Shown here piece by piece: positions 49,896 through 60,071 of a stretch of DNA of 64,000 nucleotides. The DNA is taken from positions 310,001 through 374,000 of the forward strand of contig CDROCS010000410.1 of the NCBI GenBank assembly GCA_977020255.1, given 5' to 3'. The stretch comes from Obrimoposthia wandeli (lineage: Eukaryota). Both the position numbers and the translations under genes were made by a program. Every line of letters starts with the position of its first letter. Positions within the stretch are counted from its first letter, which is position 1. The notes under the pieces were generated by a model. The model was not told where the DNA came from, did no database searches, and saw nothing but the letters and a program-made list of their open reading frames with translations.

Positions 49896-51105
49896 AAGTC
49901 ACTCCCACTGCCCACCATTTGCTAGCATAACCATTACTTTGTTCGTAATAAGCGGCCAATGCATTCATGCGCCATTTAGACGACAACTTAATACTTGCAC
50001 CCAGTTCATAGGCATTGGCATTAAAATCACCTAAACGAATATCCGATGTGGCATAGCCTGTTGACGCAAATGTTGGATCTGCTGCTTTAGGGTCAATAAA
50101 GAAGCTAGCCCCTTGTTGTGTGTACCAAAAATAACCTGGCGCAAACGTTAACCAGTCAGTCACTTTGACACTCATCTTACCGCCAAGTTGATGTGACATA
50201 ACGCCCCAATCATCAGTAAAGAATTTATAACGAGGACGAACAACAACGCTGTCGCTAACGCTATAGAATGTTTGCACGTTTACGCCACCAGAAATACGAG
50301 TATCAGGGCGTGAATCTTGGCCTAAAAACACCTCATCATCACCAATCGAGCCATCACCATTAATATCGACTTCACGCAGTACAGTTAAATAATGATTACT
50401 TAAATAACCCGTTTTATAACCGCCATAAGCCGTAAACGTGGCATATAGATTAGGCGTGAATACCTGTGACATCCCCACTTCCATCGTCGAGGTAAAAATA
50501 TCTTCCCATGCTTGGGCATTCCCCCCATTTTGATATTCTTGGAATGCCAAAGTCTGATCAGTCAATACCGAACCACCAACACTAAACGAACGGTTTTTAG
50601 TACTGTCGGTATAAAACAGTGCTTTTGCATTCGCCCCCATGCTTTTGTAATCTTCCTCTTGTGAGTAGTTTACGCCTGCAGTCCATTCATCACGGTCTTT
50701 ATCACGATAAGTCACATTGGTTGATGCTGAATAACGGGTATCCTCGAGTTCAACAGGACGAATTTCATAATTTCCACGGTAAGGGTCATAACCTGCGCGG
50801 ATAACTTCCGACGTATTATTTTGGGCGTCTTGCGTTCGTTTGTCTGCGACGATACCAGAAGAAGGTGTCGTTGGAACCCAAGCTGGAGATGCGCCAGATA
50901 CTGTGTCGTAGCCCAACTCAGCCGTGATCGTCCAATCTAAACCAATATTTGTCTCCAATGATAAAATATTGTCTCCGGCTTTTACTTTATCGCCATACTC
51001 TTCAAAGTTCATATGGTGGATCGAGATATGATCTGCAGCAGAAACGGAACCAGCAACTAGGCCAAGTAGGGTTAATGGTAATTTTATATTCATTATATTA
51101 TTCAT
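49885..51105 (-). CDS. DUF3570-like outer-membrane beta-barrel protein with flavinylation motif
   Basis: Signal peptide; DTVSGAS motif; SQEEDY, PDTR, YKFFTDDWGVMSH, SDIRLG; aromatic C-terminus. Confidence 0.75.
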   Translation of the reverse strand: MNNIMNIKLPLTLLGLVAGSVSAADHISIHHMNFEEYGDKVKAGDNILSLETNIGLDWTITAELGYDTVSGASPAWVPTTPSSGIVADKRTQDAQNNTSEVIRAGYDPYRGNYEIRPVELEDTRYSASTNVTYRDKDRDEWTAGVNYSQEEDYKSMGANAKALFYTDSTKNRSFSVGGSVLTDQTLAFQEYQNGGNAQAWEDIFTSTMEVGMSQVFTPNLYATFTAYGGYKTGYLSNHYLTVLREVDINGDGSIGDDEVFLGQDSRPDTRISGGVNVQTFYSVSDSVVVRPRYKFFTDDWGVMSHQLGGKMSVKVTDWLTFAPGYFWYTQQGASFFIDPKAADPTFASTGYATSDIRLGDFNANAYELGASIKLSSKWRMNALAAYYEQSNGYASKWWAVGVTYDY

Positions 51106-51195
51106 CTTTAATTAGTTAAAACAGTGATTTAAAAGAAACACCTATAAACCACTCTCAATAAAATAAACTCAACTTACAGTCTTCAGTGTGGACCG

Positions 51196-51846
51196 CTAGT
51201 TACAGCCACAACCACCGCCACCAACGCCATTACCGCCAATAGAACCCTGTTTATAAGCAAATACTTTCTCGGAAAAAACATCAAATTCAGGCACCTCTCC
51301 TCCTGGTTTCATGGCCTTTTTCGCCAACGTACCTTTTTGCCAGGGCTTAACTGGTTTCACACTAAACCAATCACTTATCGCAGAGAACAATGACGATTCT
51401 TCCAGCTCTTCACTTTCTTCTTGGTGGGCTAATGCGCGGGTATTTAAAATGGGATTCACCGGTATCGTTGTAGGCATAAGCGGAGATGTGACCGATAACG
51501 GTACTAATACGGGTACTAATACAGGTACTGCAACGGGTAACGCGGCAGTATCAACGCCTGCACCAAGCCTTGGCGTTATCTTTAGCGGTAAAGGATGAAC
51601 AGTTCCTACTTGTTTGGTTTTAGCTTCCAACTTAACAACTGATTCCGTTATCACTACTTTAGGTTTATTGTGAAAAGGCTTAATCGTCACAGGTACCACC
51701 GATGGTTCGACGGTCGCTACCGCTTTATCGCCTTGGTAAACAACGCGAGAAACCGACTCGGCCATGTGAACAACTTCTGCTTGCAGGCTAAAGCTAGCGA
51801 GAAACACCACCGAAGATAACAAGGTTAAAAGAGAATAATGCTTCAT
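51196..51846 (-). CDS. DUF4266-like secreted protein with long Pro/Val-rich N-terminal region
   Basis: Signal peptide; C-terminal VKPWQKGTLAKKAM...YKQGSIGGNGVGGGGCGCN. Confidence 0.75.
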   Translation of the reverse strand: MKHYSLLTLLSSVVFLASFSLQAEVVHMAESVSRVVYQGDKAVATVEPSVVPVTIKPFHNKPKVVITESVVKLEAKTKQVGTVHPLPLKITPRLGAGVDTAALPVAVPVLVPVLVPLSVTSPLMPTTIPVNPILNTRALAHQEESEELEESSLFSAISDWFSVKPVKPWQKGTLAKKAMKPGGEVPEFDVFSEKVFAYKQGSIGGNGVGGGGCGCN

Positions 51847-52307
51847 TGACTTAATCCCATCGCTTTTAGGTCACTCATCACGACGTCACCGATATGGTTA
51901 ATCGCACCATAACGTACCTTAAGTACTTGCCCTTGATAAACGTAATACAAAGCAGGCATACCAATCGGTTGAAAGTCATCAACTAATGTTTGTTCATCGT
52001 CATTTACGACCCTGAAATTGAGCCCAAGAGATTGTTGAAATGCAATCCCTACAGCCATATCCTCATCAACATCAACGCCGACTACATCAACCCCTAATGC
52101 ACTCAATTCGGGGGTAAGTTCATTCACTTCCGGTAATTCCGCACGACAAGAAACACACCATTCGGCAAAAAAATCAATCAGCGATACACGGTTTGGATCT
52201 AACCCTAATTGCGCCTGTGCAGATGCTGATAGCATCTCACCTTCTTGATAAGCATGTGCTTGGCTAGACAATAATAATGTGAACACCACAAGCCATTTTT
52301 TAAACAT
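51843..52307 (-). CDS. TlpA-family periplasmic thioredoxin
   Basis: Signal peptide; FFAEWCVSC; GMPALY cis-Pro motif. Confidence 0.88.
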   Translation of the reverse strand: MFKKWLVVFTLLLSSQAHAYQEGEMLSASAQAQLGLDPNRVSLIDFFAEWCVSCRAELPEVNELTPELSALGVDVVGVDVDEDMAVGIAFQQSLGLNFRVVNDDEQTLVDDFQPIGMPALYYVYQGQVLKVRYGAINHIGDVVMSDLKAMGLSQ

Positions 52308-52354
52308 AACTACCTCTAATATAATAAATAAAACATTTCTTTAAAATTAAAACG

Positions 52355-53566
52355 CTACTGACCCAACACGAGCCTAGGCTTCGATTCAACCTTAAGTGCC
52401 GTCTCAAAATAATCAGCTAGATCGGCACTATCTTTAGCATCAAACACCGCACCAAGACCGCCTGCGCATTGTTGAAATTGCTTAATACGATTAGCCGATA
52501 CACCAAAACCGATAAAACTCACTTCAATGTTTAAGTTTTGTTGGATTTCGTCACACAAGCCCGCGTTCATTAAGTCATCAAAGTACCGACCTCCTCCGTT
52601 ATCAGACCCATCGGTAAACAAAATTAATCGTTGAGTTAGTGACGAAGACGTCACAGGGGTAATCTTCCACGCCTGCTGCCATTTTTCAGTAAGCGTTCTA
52701 ACGCCCCAAATCAAGCCTTGATAAGATGCGGTAGTACCACTGGTACTTAAGCTGTTAACATACTTAATCACGTTATTGAGATCGTTGGTAAGTGGTAAAA
52801 TAAATGCCGTCTGACTACAACGATCCAACCAAGGTCCAGGTGTAACTTCTTTGAAATCTAGGCTCTTGGGTGACGAATTTAACGACCTCACGGTTTTATC
52901 AGCATCAAAATTACTACCGCGATAGGCCAAACCATCAACACATTTAGGGCTTGCTTTAGAGTTCGCTAACCAAGGTGCTGCCATCACCCCTACTCCGGTT
53001 TGAAAAGGCACAATAGAAAAGCGAACTTGATTATTACTCGGGTCAATGTCGCTTATCACATCGGTAATGATTCTTTTTAATTCAGGTAAATCCGATCCCA
53101 TCGAACCTGAAATATCCAGAACGAGTGAAAAATCAGTCGGATTTTGAATAACATTCGCAACATTCTCCATTAATTTGGCGCTAGAACCGCTGTTTGATGT
53201 AACTAAGCTTGAACTGTTAACTTCAACTGGCAGTAATTTGTTCATTGCCGGTTTAAAACTATATTGCACTGATATATTGCAACCCTTGTCACCATCCAAG
53301 CTGACACTATTACCAAGCGCAGGCAGCACAAAATTAGGGCGGTAATAATCTAAAATACCGTCAATAACGGTTCGCTCATCACTTTGCTGATACCCGCAGG
53401 CAAGCCCTGCGGCTTCAGCAGCTTGACCCGTTCTAATCACAACTTGGCTGTACATCGAAAACCCCGCCGTCCGTAAGCTGCTAAAGCTCATAATCATGGG
53501 TAACATAAAACGTAGAATGTAGGTGCGCTTCTTACTTTTTCCACGTTGACGTGATATGGACATCAT
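52355..53566 (-). CDS. tadG: TadG-like vWA-domain pilus protein
   Basis: RQRG prepilin-like N-terminus; MIDAS DISGS, GTTASYQG, LFTDG; position at the end of the tad locus. Confidence 0.8.
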   Translation of the reverse strand: MMSISRQRGKSKKRTYILRFMLPMIMSFSSLRTAGFSMYSQVVIRTGQAAEAAGLACGYQQSDERTVIDGILDYYRPNFVLPALGNSVSLDGDKGCNISVQYSFKPAMNKLLPVEVNSSSLVTSNSGSSAKLMENVANVIQNPTDFSLVLDISGSMGSDLPELKRIITDVISDIDPSNNQVRFSIVPFQTGVGVMAAPWLANSKASPKCVDGLAYRGSNFDADKTVRSLNSSPKSLDFKEVTPGPWLDRCSQTAFILPLTNDLNNVIKYVNSLSTSGTTASYQGLIWGVRTLTEKWQQAWKITPVTSSSLTQRLILFTDGSDNGGGRYFDDLMNAGLCDEIQQNLNIEVSFIGFGVSANRIKQFQQCAGGLGAVFDAKDSADLADYFETALKVESKPRLVLGQ

Positions 53567-54177
53567 ATTTTACGCCCTATTAATAACGCCGAGCTTTGAT
53601 AATAACGGTCACTGAAGTTACGTATAAATAAAGGGGTAATACCATTACCAAAGCTCTCGATACCCTTAATACACAAAGTGACTTGAAATAGTTCAGCCTG
53701 CTGTCCAGCATTTATGCCGGGCTTTGTACCTAGCGGTGATAAATCCTTTAATAATGATAATGGCGTAGCCGCAGTGCATTCAGCCCCGACATTTATAGGA
53801 CCCGGTTGGGCAGTTAAAGGATCAAAGACTAATTGTTCAAGGTGGAGTCCAATATCAACTGACGACTTGACAATTAAATCGTTGAAATGCCGCTGTGCAA
53901 CTTGTAATAACTCATCCGCTAATTGCGTCGAAATGATAGGTTGAGTAGCAGGACTTGAAGCTGGTTTATTCATGCCATTATCACATTTAGCACAAACTAC
54001 AATTGATGTCAGTGAATAAGCTAACGCATTAAGTTGGTTCTTGTGGTTGATCCCTTGGTTTATCTTTAAAACAAATAACACCAGAATAACCATTACTAAT
54101 GTAATGATAGGGAATTCGATGACAATACTGCCACGCTGAACAGCATGCGGTCTGCGTTTAGTTCGCATAACTAGCAC
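53563..54177 (-). CDS. tadF: TadF-like pseudopilin
   Basis: QRG-SIVIEF prepilin motif followed by a TM helix. Confidence 0.75.
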   Translation of the reverse strand: MLVMRTKRRPHAVQRGSIVIEFPIITLVMVILVLFVLKINQGINHKNQLNALAYSLTSIVVCAKCDNGMNKPASSPATQPIISTQLADELLQVAQRHFNDLIVKSSVDIGLHLEQLVFDPLTAQPGPINVGAECTAATPLSLLKDLSPLGTKPGINAGQQAELFQVTLCIKGIESFGNGITPLFIRNFSDRYYQSSALLIGRKI

Positions 54178-54628
54178 TCCGCTCTACAGTCACTAACGTC
54201 GTGCGTTTAAAGTTGGATAAACGCTCAAAACTATCAGAAAACCCTGCAACAAATAGCGCTTTATACGGATACAACAAGGTAAACTCAGCGAAGTCTTGCC
54301 CATCAAAACTGGTTACAAAATCATCATTTTCTAATGCAACCAAACTGGTAAAATAATGAGTTTGAACAGTGATTTTGTTACCATTCAATAATGGTAATTG
54401 TTGTTCTGACAGGGTTAATTGTAATTTGGCGGTTAAATCTTCACGCGAACTATCAACCACTAACTCTCGCGTTGCTGAAGCTAAGGCAACATCAAGCATA
54501 CTGCTCACCATCATAAAGCGGCTAATTTCGATAAGCCCCAACAGCAATACAAAAAATGGCACAATCGTCACTGCAAATTCAATGCTAACGCCACCTTGCT
54601 GTCTATTTCTCATGTTAGACAGAATCAT
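54158..54628 (-). CDS. tadE: TadE-like pseudopilin
   Basis: QQG-GVSIEFA, TM helix, IEISR..LDVALASATR. Confidence 0.85.
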   Translation of the reverse strand: MILSNMRNRQQGGVSIEFAVTIVPFFVLLLGLIEISRFMMVSSMLDVALASATRELVVDSSREDLTAKLQLTLSEQQLPLLNGNKITVQTHYFTSLVALENDDFVTSFDGQDFAEFTLLYPYKALFVAGFSDSFERLSNFKRTTLVTVERSASYAN

Positions 54629-55434
54629 TGTTTAACCTGCTCTGTCAATAATGACCCTTGCTGTGATTGGCCTTGATAAAGCTGCTGATAATAAGCAAGA
54701 TTATTTTCTAATTCAGCTTTAGTTAGATCTTGTTTTGCAATTGTTTCTGCAGCTTCAACATCGCCCTTCATAGCAAAAGCTAAGGCCAAATTCTGACGGC
54801 TTTTAGACGTCGAGCTACCACGTAAGTAATGTGAATAAAGCACACCGATACCTTGCTGTGGTTGCCCATCTAGAATCCAAGCGAGTGCTAAATTATTACG
54901 GTATTCTAAATTGTCTGGCGCATTAGCAAGCGCACCTGTGAACGCGATTCTTGCTTGAGGGTAGTCCTTAAATAATGCGTAATTAATGCCTAAACTGTTT
55001 AATGCTTTAGCATCGTTAGGTAATAATTCAGCCGCTTTTTTTAAATCTAAAATAGCGCCCTCTAAGTTACCTAAACCTTGCTGTGCATTGCCTCGTTCAC
55101 GTAATATTTGACCACGTATCACAGATGACTTATTGGTCTCAATTAGCATCAACGCCTGTGCTTGATTAAGATAATACAGTGCTAAATCAAATTCAGACAT
55201 TTTGTTGTAAGCAGTCCCTATCGCTAACAACAGGTCGGTATCGTTTGGGTGCAAATCGAGTTGCTTACGATAAATAGAGATCGCACTGTCTGGTCGGCCA
55301 CTATCAAGTGCCAACTTTGCTAGATCACGATCCGAGTGCATTTCTTCGGTCTGGCTTAATTGATTAGTACTACAACCAGATAAAATAAGTAAGCCAAACA
55401 TAATAAACACTTTCACCAGTGATTTTTTCATCAC
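54625..55434 (-). CDS. tadD: TadD TPR lipoprotein (pilotin)
   Basis: Lipobox LSGC; TPR repeats; NNLAL..RQNLALAFA..NLAYY. Confidence 0.85.
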   Translation of the reverse strand: MMKKSLVKVFIMFGLLILSGCSTNQLSQTEEMHSDRDLAKLALDSGRPDSAISIYRKQLDLHPNDTDLLLAIGTAYNKMSEFDLALYYLNQAQALMLIETNKSSVIRGQILRERGNAQQGLGNLEGAILDLKKAAELLPNDAKALNSLGINYALFKDYPQARIAFTGALANAPDNLEYRNNLALAWILDGQPQQGIGVLYSHYLRGSSTSKSRQNLALAFAMKGDVEAAETIAKQDLTKAELENNLAYYQQLYQGQSQQGSLLTEQVKQ

Positions 55435-56327
55435 ATACCTCCAAGGCTATCTAATAATGCGATGATCGTAGGTGAAACAATCAGGACGACTACAGGCAAC
55501 ATGATTAATACCACCACAGGTAATGACATTTTCGCGGGGATCTTACCGACCCTCTCTTCTAGACGTAAATATTGATATTGACGGCTATCACTGGCGATTA
55601 AACGCATCGTTGGCGCTATCTTACTGCCATATTTTTCAGCTTGAGATAAGGCGATGACCATGTTTTCAACTTCCACTAATCCCGTTCTCTCCGCCAAGTT
55701 ATTTAATGCCGTAATACGAGAATCCAATAAACGTAACTCCGCTTCAGTGATTAACCACTCACGTGATAACTCGGGAGTAACAGTCGTCATTTCACGGCCA
55801 ACACGTTGAAATACGGCTTCCAAGGTTAAACCTGATTCAACACAAATAACCATTAAATCGAGCGCATCAGGCAGTGCTAGCGCAATACGGTAATTAACCG
55901 TGCGGGCACGCCATTTCAGCCATTGTTCAGCAACAAGTCCACCAGAAATAGCAAAGATCAAGGTCTTAGCCATGACAAATTTATCGGAATCAAAATCGAC
56001 ATACCACTGCCACGTCATCGCACTCGTCAGCATTAAGCTTACTTTGCACAATAAAAATATAGCGCTTGCTCTTGGGCCATGAAATCCAGCTTTAACCAAT
56101 AGTGCGCTAATATCAGGCGCGACAGTTAAACGGCGTAACCAGCCAATTTTTGACGCTGACTTACTTAAACCAAGGGACGAATATTGCTGTTGTGCCGATA
56201 CCGATGCTGATACCAACACTAATCGTTTTAATAGCTGCTCACGGCGCTGCGCTGGTGCACTAAATAACAGTGCTATAACCGCGCCAGTAATAAGCAAAGT
56301 AACGGCTATCCATAAAGATAAAGACAT
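55431..56327 (-). CDS. tadC: TadC inner-membrane platform protein
   Basis: LPDALDLMVICVESGLTLE, QAEKYG, KMSLPVV. Confidence 0.92.
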   Translation of the reverse strand: MSLSLWIAVTLLITGAVIALLFSAPAQRREQLLKRLVLVSASVSAQQQYSSLGLSKSASKIGWLRRLTVAPDISALLVKAGFHGPRASAIFLLCKVSLMLTSAMTWQWYVDFDSDKFVMAKTLIFAISGGLVAEQWLKWRARTVNYRIALALPDALDLMVICVESGLTLEAVFQRVGREMTTVTPELSREWLITEAELRLLDSRITALNNLAERTGLVEVENMVIALSQAEKYGSKIAPTMRLIASDSRQYQYLRLEERVGKIPAKMSLPVVVLIMLPVVVLIVSPTIIALLDSLGGM

Positions 56328-57259
56328 TAAGCTCTCACCTTCGTTAACAAATGAATAATAGCGAAACCAAGCGCCATACTGGTAACCACATAACCTAAGA
56401 CTAAATGTCCACTCGGGTTTTGAGTTAACGTAATAAATGCACTCGGATTTTTAAAAAACATCACCGAGATAAGAACTATCGGCAAACTTGCTAAAATAGC
56501 GGCTGTCATGCGCGGTTCTGCTGTTAAACTTCTGATCTTCATCTTAATAGCGGAGTTGTCATGCACTGTTCGACTCAAACTATGTAATACCTCACGCAGC
56601 TGACCACCATTCTCTTCGTTCAAAATTAATGCCACGCTAAAGAAATGAAAACTCACATAAGGCAAACGAATACGGGCCTGGTTTAGCGCTTGCTTTAGGC
56701 CTATACCAATCTCTAATTTATCGCGGATCAAACCAAACTCGCGACCCAATATCCCTTGTTGATAATCCGCTATTTGAGCGATAGCTTGCGGCACTGAAAT
56801 ACCTGCCGACACAGCCCGTGACATTTGACCTAATACTTGCGTGAAACCAGCATTAAATTCACTATGTTGACGCACAGTCATGATCCAATAGCTCACAGCC
56901 AACACCGAAAACATGATAATCGCAATAATCATCATTCTCATTGACGGCGTAAAAAAAGGTAACGTAAACCAGACAACAACAGCCAAAATAGCTAACAATA
57001 GTTGTATAAGACGCTTAGCTTTACGCCCAAATAAGGCGTCGACACGCGCTTTCAGATCGTGGCTATATTGCAATAAAGGGCTCGTTTTTTGCGCCCAATG
57101 AAATAAAGTTGATGTCGCTTTATTATCTGTACTGTTCACTGTTGATATCGAACTTAACCGACGCTTTAATACCTGTCGTTGACGCTGATGCTGTAAGGCT
57201 TTATAACTGCTAAATACAAACATAATCAATAACAACAGGCCTGTCACCATGACTGACAT
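56327..57259 (-). CDS. tadB: TadB inner-membrane platform protein
   Basis: RAVSAGIS, ENGGQLREVL, KIRSLTAEPRMTA. Confidence 0.9.
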   Translation of the reverse strand: MSVMVTGLLLLIMFVFSSYKALQHQRQRQVLKRRLSSISTVNSTDNKATSTLFHWAQKTSPLLQYSHDLKARVDALFGRKAKRLIQLLLAILAVVVWFTLPFFTPSMRMMIIAIIMFSVLAVSYWIMTVRQHSEFNAGFTQVLGQMSRAVSAGISVPQAIAQIADYQQGILGREFGLIRDKLEIGIGLKQALNQARIRLPYVSFHFFSVALILNEENGGQLREVLHSLSRTVHDNSAIKMKIRSLTAEPRMTAAILASLPIVLISVMFFKNPSAFITLTQNPSGHLVLGYVVTSMALGFAIIHLLTKVRA

Positions 57260-58614
57260 TATCGAACTCCCATGGCTTGTTTCAACTGAGATTCAAGTTG
57301 GTAGTAACGCGCCTTCTCACTAAAACGCGGCAATATTTTCGTGGATAGAAACTCCCCAACAAGATCACCGTTAACGTCCATTTGCTGATAATCAAAATGG
57401 AACAAATCATGAGTAAGGTATTGATCACCTTCAAGGCCGACGATTTCGGTAATATTAACCACTCGACGTTTACCGTCTCGCATACGTTCCACTTGTACAA
57501 CCACATCCAAAGTACTAGCGATTTGGCGGCGTAAAGCAGACACAGGTAAATTAACCTCTGCCATTAACAGCATGTTTTCTAAACGGATTAACGCATCGTG
57601 CGGTGTATTAGCATGCAGCGTTGACATAGAACCATCATGACCTGTATTCATCGCCTGCATCATATCAAACGCTTCAGCGCCACGGACTTCACCTAAAATA
57701 ATTCGATCAGGACGCATCCGTAATGCATTACGTAACAATTCTCGCTGACCAATGGCTGCAGCGCCTTCGACATTTGCAGGCCTTGTCTCAATACTCACCA
57801 CGTGTGGTTGCTGTAACTTTAATTCTGCGGCATCTTCAATCGTAATGATGCGTTCGTCGGGGGAAATACCAAACGACAATGCATTCAGTAATGTCGTTTT
57901 ACCTGCACCTGTACCACCTGAAATCAATACATTAACTCGGGAACGAGCAATAATATTTAGCACATCCGCCATCTCAGACGACATGGCTCCGAGCGCAGCA
58001 AGTTGCTGCAAGCTATGTTTTTGCTCATTAAATTTACGGATAGAAATACACGTACCATTTAATGCCAATGGTGGAATAAGCACATTCACACGACTGCCAT
58101 TGGGTAAACGCGCATCAACCATCGGCGTTGTTTCATCCACACGGCGACCGATACGGCTTACTATTCGGCGCGCTAAATTCAATACATGTTCTTCATCGCG
58201 AAAGCGAACATCAGCGCGCTTGACCTTACCGCGATACTCAACGAATACCTCGGTATGACCATTAACCATGATGTCTGTTATCTCAGGATCATCCATTAAC
58301 ACCTGTAAAGGCCCCAACCCCAACATTTCATCAACAAGGCGCTGGCTGATATTACGCTGCTCAGTCCCCCCAATTGGAAATTGCTGACGAGCAGCAATAT
58401 CACCGACGGCTTCAAACGTGCGAACTTCAAGTTCTTCAGGTGTCAGCGTGACAACGACAGCAGGAGCAATAATCGCCATTATCTCTTGCTGGATAACACG
58501 AAAACGTTGCTCTTCAACATTACTACTCGGTGTTACGTCCGCAGCATCTGCGGATACGGATAATGTCAGTAATGACTCCGTTGGCGTCGGTGTTACTGTA
58601 TTAGATCCAAACAT
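57259..58614 (-). CDS. tadA: TadA/CpaF pilus assembly ATPase
   Basis: GLGPL, SIRKF, Walker [38 protein letters not shown]. Confidence 0.96.
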   Translation of the reverse strand: MFGSNTVTPTPTESLLTLSVSADAADVTPSSNVEEQRFRVIQQEIMAIIAPAVVVTLTPEELEVRTFEAVGDIAARQQFPIGGTEQRNISQRLVDEMLGLGPLQVLMDDPEITDIMVNGHTEVFVEYRGKVKRADVRFRDEEHVLNLARRIVSRIGRRVDETTPMVDARLPNGSRVNVLIPPLALNGTCISIRKFNEQKHSLQQLAALGAMSSEMADVLNIIARSRVNVLISGGTGAGKTTLLNALSFGISPDERIITIEDAAELKLQQPHVVSIETRPANVEGAAAIGQRELLRNALRMRPDRIILGEVRGAEAFDMMQAMNTGHDGSMSTLHANTPHDALIRLENMLLMAEVNLPVSALRRQIASTLDVVVQVERMRDGKRRVVNITEIVGLEGDQYLTHDLFHFDYQQMDVNGDLVGEFLSTKILPRFSEKARYYQLESQLKQAMGVR

Positions 58615-59432
58615 TACGCCCCCTTACGCCAGCGAAACACACTCGGCTTTGATACTTTTGATTCACCACTAATAACAGCAACCAATTTTTTCAATGCTTT
58701 TGCACTGCGGCTTTTTTGATTAATAGCCAATAAACCGAGCGCATTACCGGTCCGCATATCCTCTGGAGAATACGGAATTTCAACATCCAATTTACGGTCC
58801 AAAGTCGCCGCGACATCATTAGCCGTAATTAAGGATTGTGCTGCGGGTTTCGTGTGATTAAGCACCACTATCGTGCGAGTATCTAATGAGCCTGTAGATG
58901 CTAACTTCGTCAATAATTGATTGCTACTGCGGATAGATGCTAATGTCGGTTCAACAATCACCACGCGAATATCACTGCGATTTAATGTTTCAAAGCCCAC
59001 TTTATCGCGTAAACAGAATGCAGGAATATCCCAAATAACATGGTTCGCTTGTTCTAGGCAAAAGTCAGACACTTTATCCATACTTGCAACATCAGGCCAA
59101 AAGTGCAGTTCAAAACCAGACGCATAACCGGTAAATAGGTATAAATCATCATTAACCTTAACCCCGCTACGTTGATAGATAACAGGCTCTAAGCGATCAG
59201 GGAATTGCAGCATTTCTAGCAATGCGTTATTCGCTTGTACACTGAATTGTAAGTCTAAATCACCGGTCAAAAAATCAAGGTCAGCACAAGCGACACTGGT
59301 CTGACTCAATTGAGATAAACCCCAAGCAATATTGGCGATTAACGAGGTTGTACCAGCGCCACCTTTGGCACTCACAACTGCGATCTTATTACGCTTTACA
59401 TGATCATTCGCGATTGGATTAGACGCTTGCAT
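58614..59432 (-). CDS. tadZ: TadZ/CpaE-like MinD-family ATPase
   Basis: Deviant Walker A SAKGGAGTTS, ADLD; no room for an N-terminal receiver domain. Confidence 0.8.
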   Translation of the reverse strand: MQASNPIANDHVKRNKIAVVSAKGGAGTTSLIANIAWGLSQLSQTSVACADLDFLTGDLDLQFSVQANNALLEMLQFPDRLEPVIYQRSGVKVNDDLYLFTGYASGFELHFWPDVASMDKVSDFCLEQANHVIWDIPAFCLRDKVGFETLNRSDIRVVIVEPTLASIRSSNQLLTKLASTGSLDTRTIVVLNHTKPAAQSLITANDVAATLDRKLDVEIPYSPEDMRTGNALGLLAINQKSRSAKALKKLVAVISGESKVSKPSVFRWRKGA

Positions 59433-59434
59433 TA

Positions 59435-60064
59435 TTACTGCCCTCCTAAGCTAGACGAAATACTACTGCTGTTATTTTTATCTGCTTGATCGCTATTGCT
59501 GGTCGTTGGCTGATAATAAGTATCCACTCTTGATACAGCTTTACGACCCTCTGTTGCATCGAGCGTACGCCCAATAGCAAGATCTCTTGGTGTTGCAACC
59601 ATTTGCGCTAAAGCACTCGCATTGGCGCAACCAAAGTTAGGGCTCGATTTAAATTCATTTAACACACTGTGTTTCTGCTTCCCTGCAGCACAATTCGCTA
59701 CTAGGCTACGATAAGATTCAACGAATAAGGCTACATCAGCTACCGTTGATGTTTCAGCTACTTCGCTTGTTACCTGAGATGGATACACACCGGCCTGTTT
59801 TAACAATGCCGTTAATGCAGGTACTGCACTCGCGCCTTTGCTGCTATAAGTGGCTATCTTTATCCGCAGTGCTGACGAATCACCTCTTTGATAAATAAAT
59901 TCATTCAACGCGGCCTGATCACTTTTTGATAATCCCTTTTGATCCAGCTGTAACGCTATTTTGTGCGTAACGGCTTCTACTTGAACTTCAGGTTGACGCT
60001 GCACAGAATCAATTGCACAAGCACTCAACAAACCACACATTATTAATATCGAAAATATCCGCAT
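59435..60064 (-). CDS. rcpB: RcpB/CpaD pilus lipoprotein
   Basis: Lipobox LSAC after ATG 60064; NFGCANASALAQMVATPRDL. Confidence 0.8.
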   Translation of the reverse strand: MRIFSILIMCGLLSACAIDSVQRQPEVQVEAVTHKIALQLDQKGLSKSDQAALNEFIYQRGDSSALRIKIATYSSKGASAVPALTALLKQAGVYPSQVTSEVAETSTVADVALFVESYRSLVANCAAGKQKHSVLNEFKSSPNFGCANASALAQMVATPRDLAIGRTLDATEGRKAVSRVDTYYQPTTSNSDQADKNNSSSISSSLGGQ

Positions 60065-60071
60065 AACTACC

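Noticed and set aside
51311-51598. 95-aa plus-strand ORF with Gly/Thr/Asn repeats
   Set aside because: Mirror of the Pro/Val repeat of the DUF4266 gene, which has a signal peptide and fits the operon
57752-58672. Plus-strand ORFs opposite tadA
   Set aside because: Shadow frames of a highly conserved ATPase
58614-59432. TadZ as a truncated pseudogene
   Set aside because: It starts 2 bp after the rcpB stop with no leftover sequence and overlaps the tadA start, which fits a naturally short intact gene
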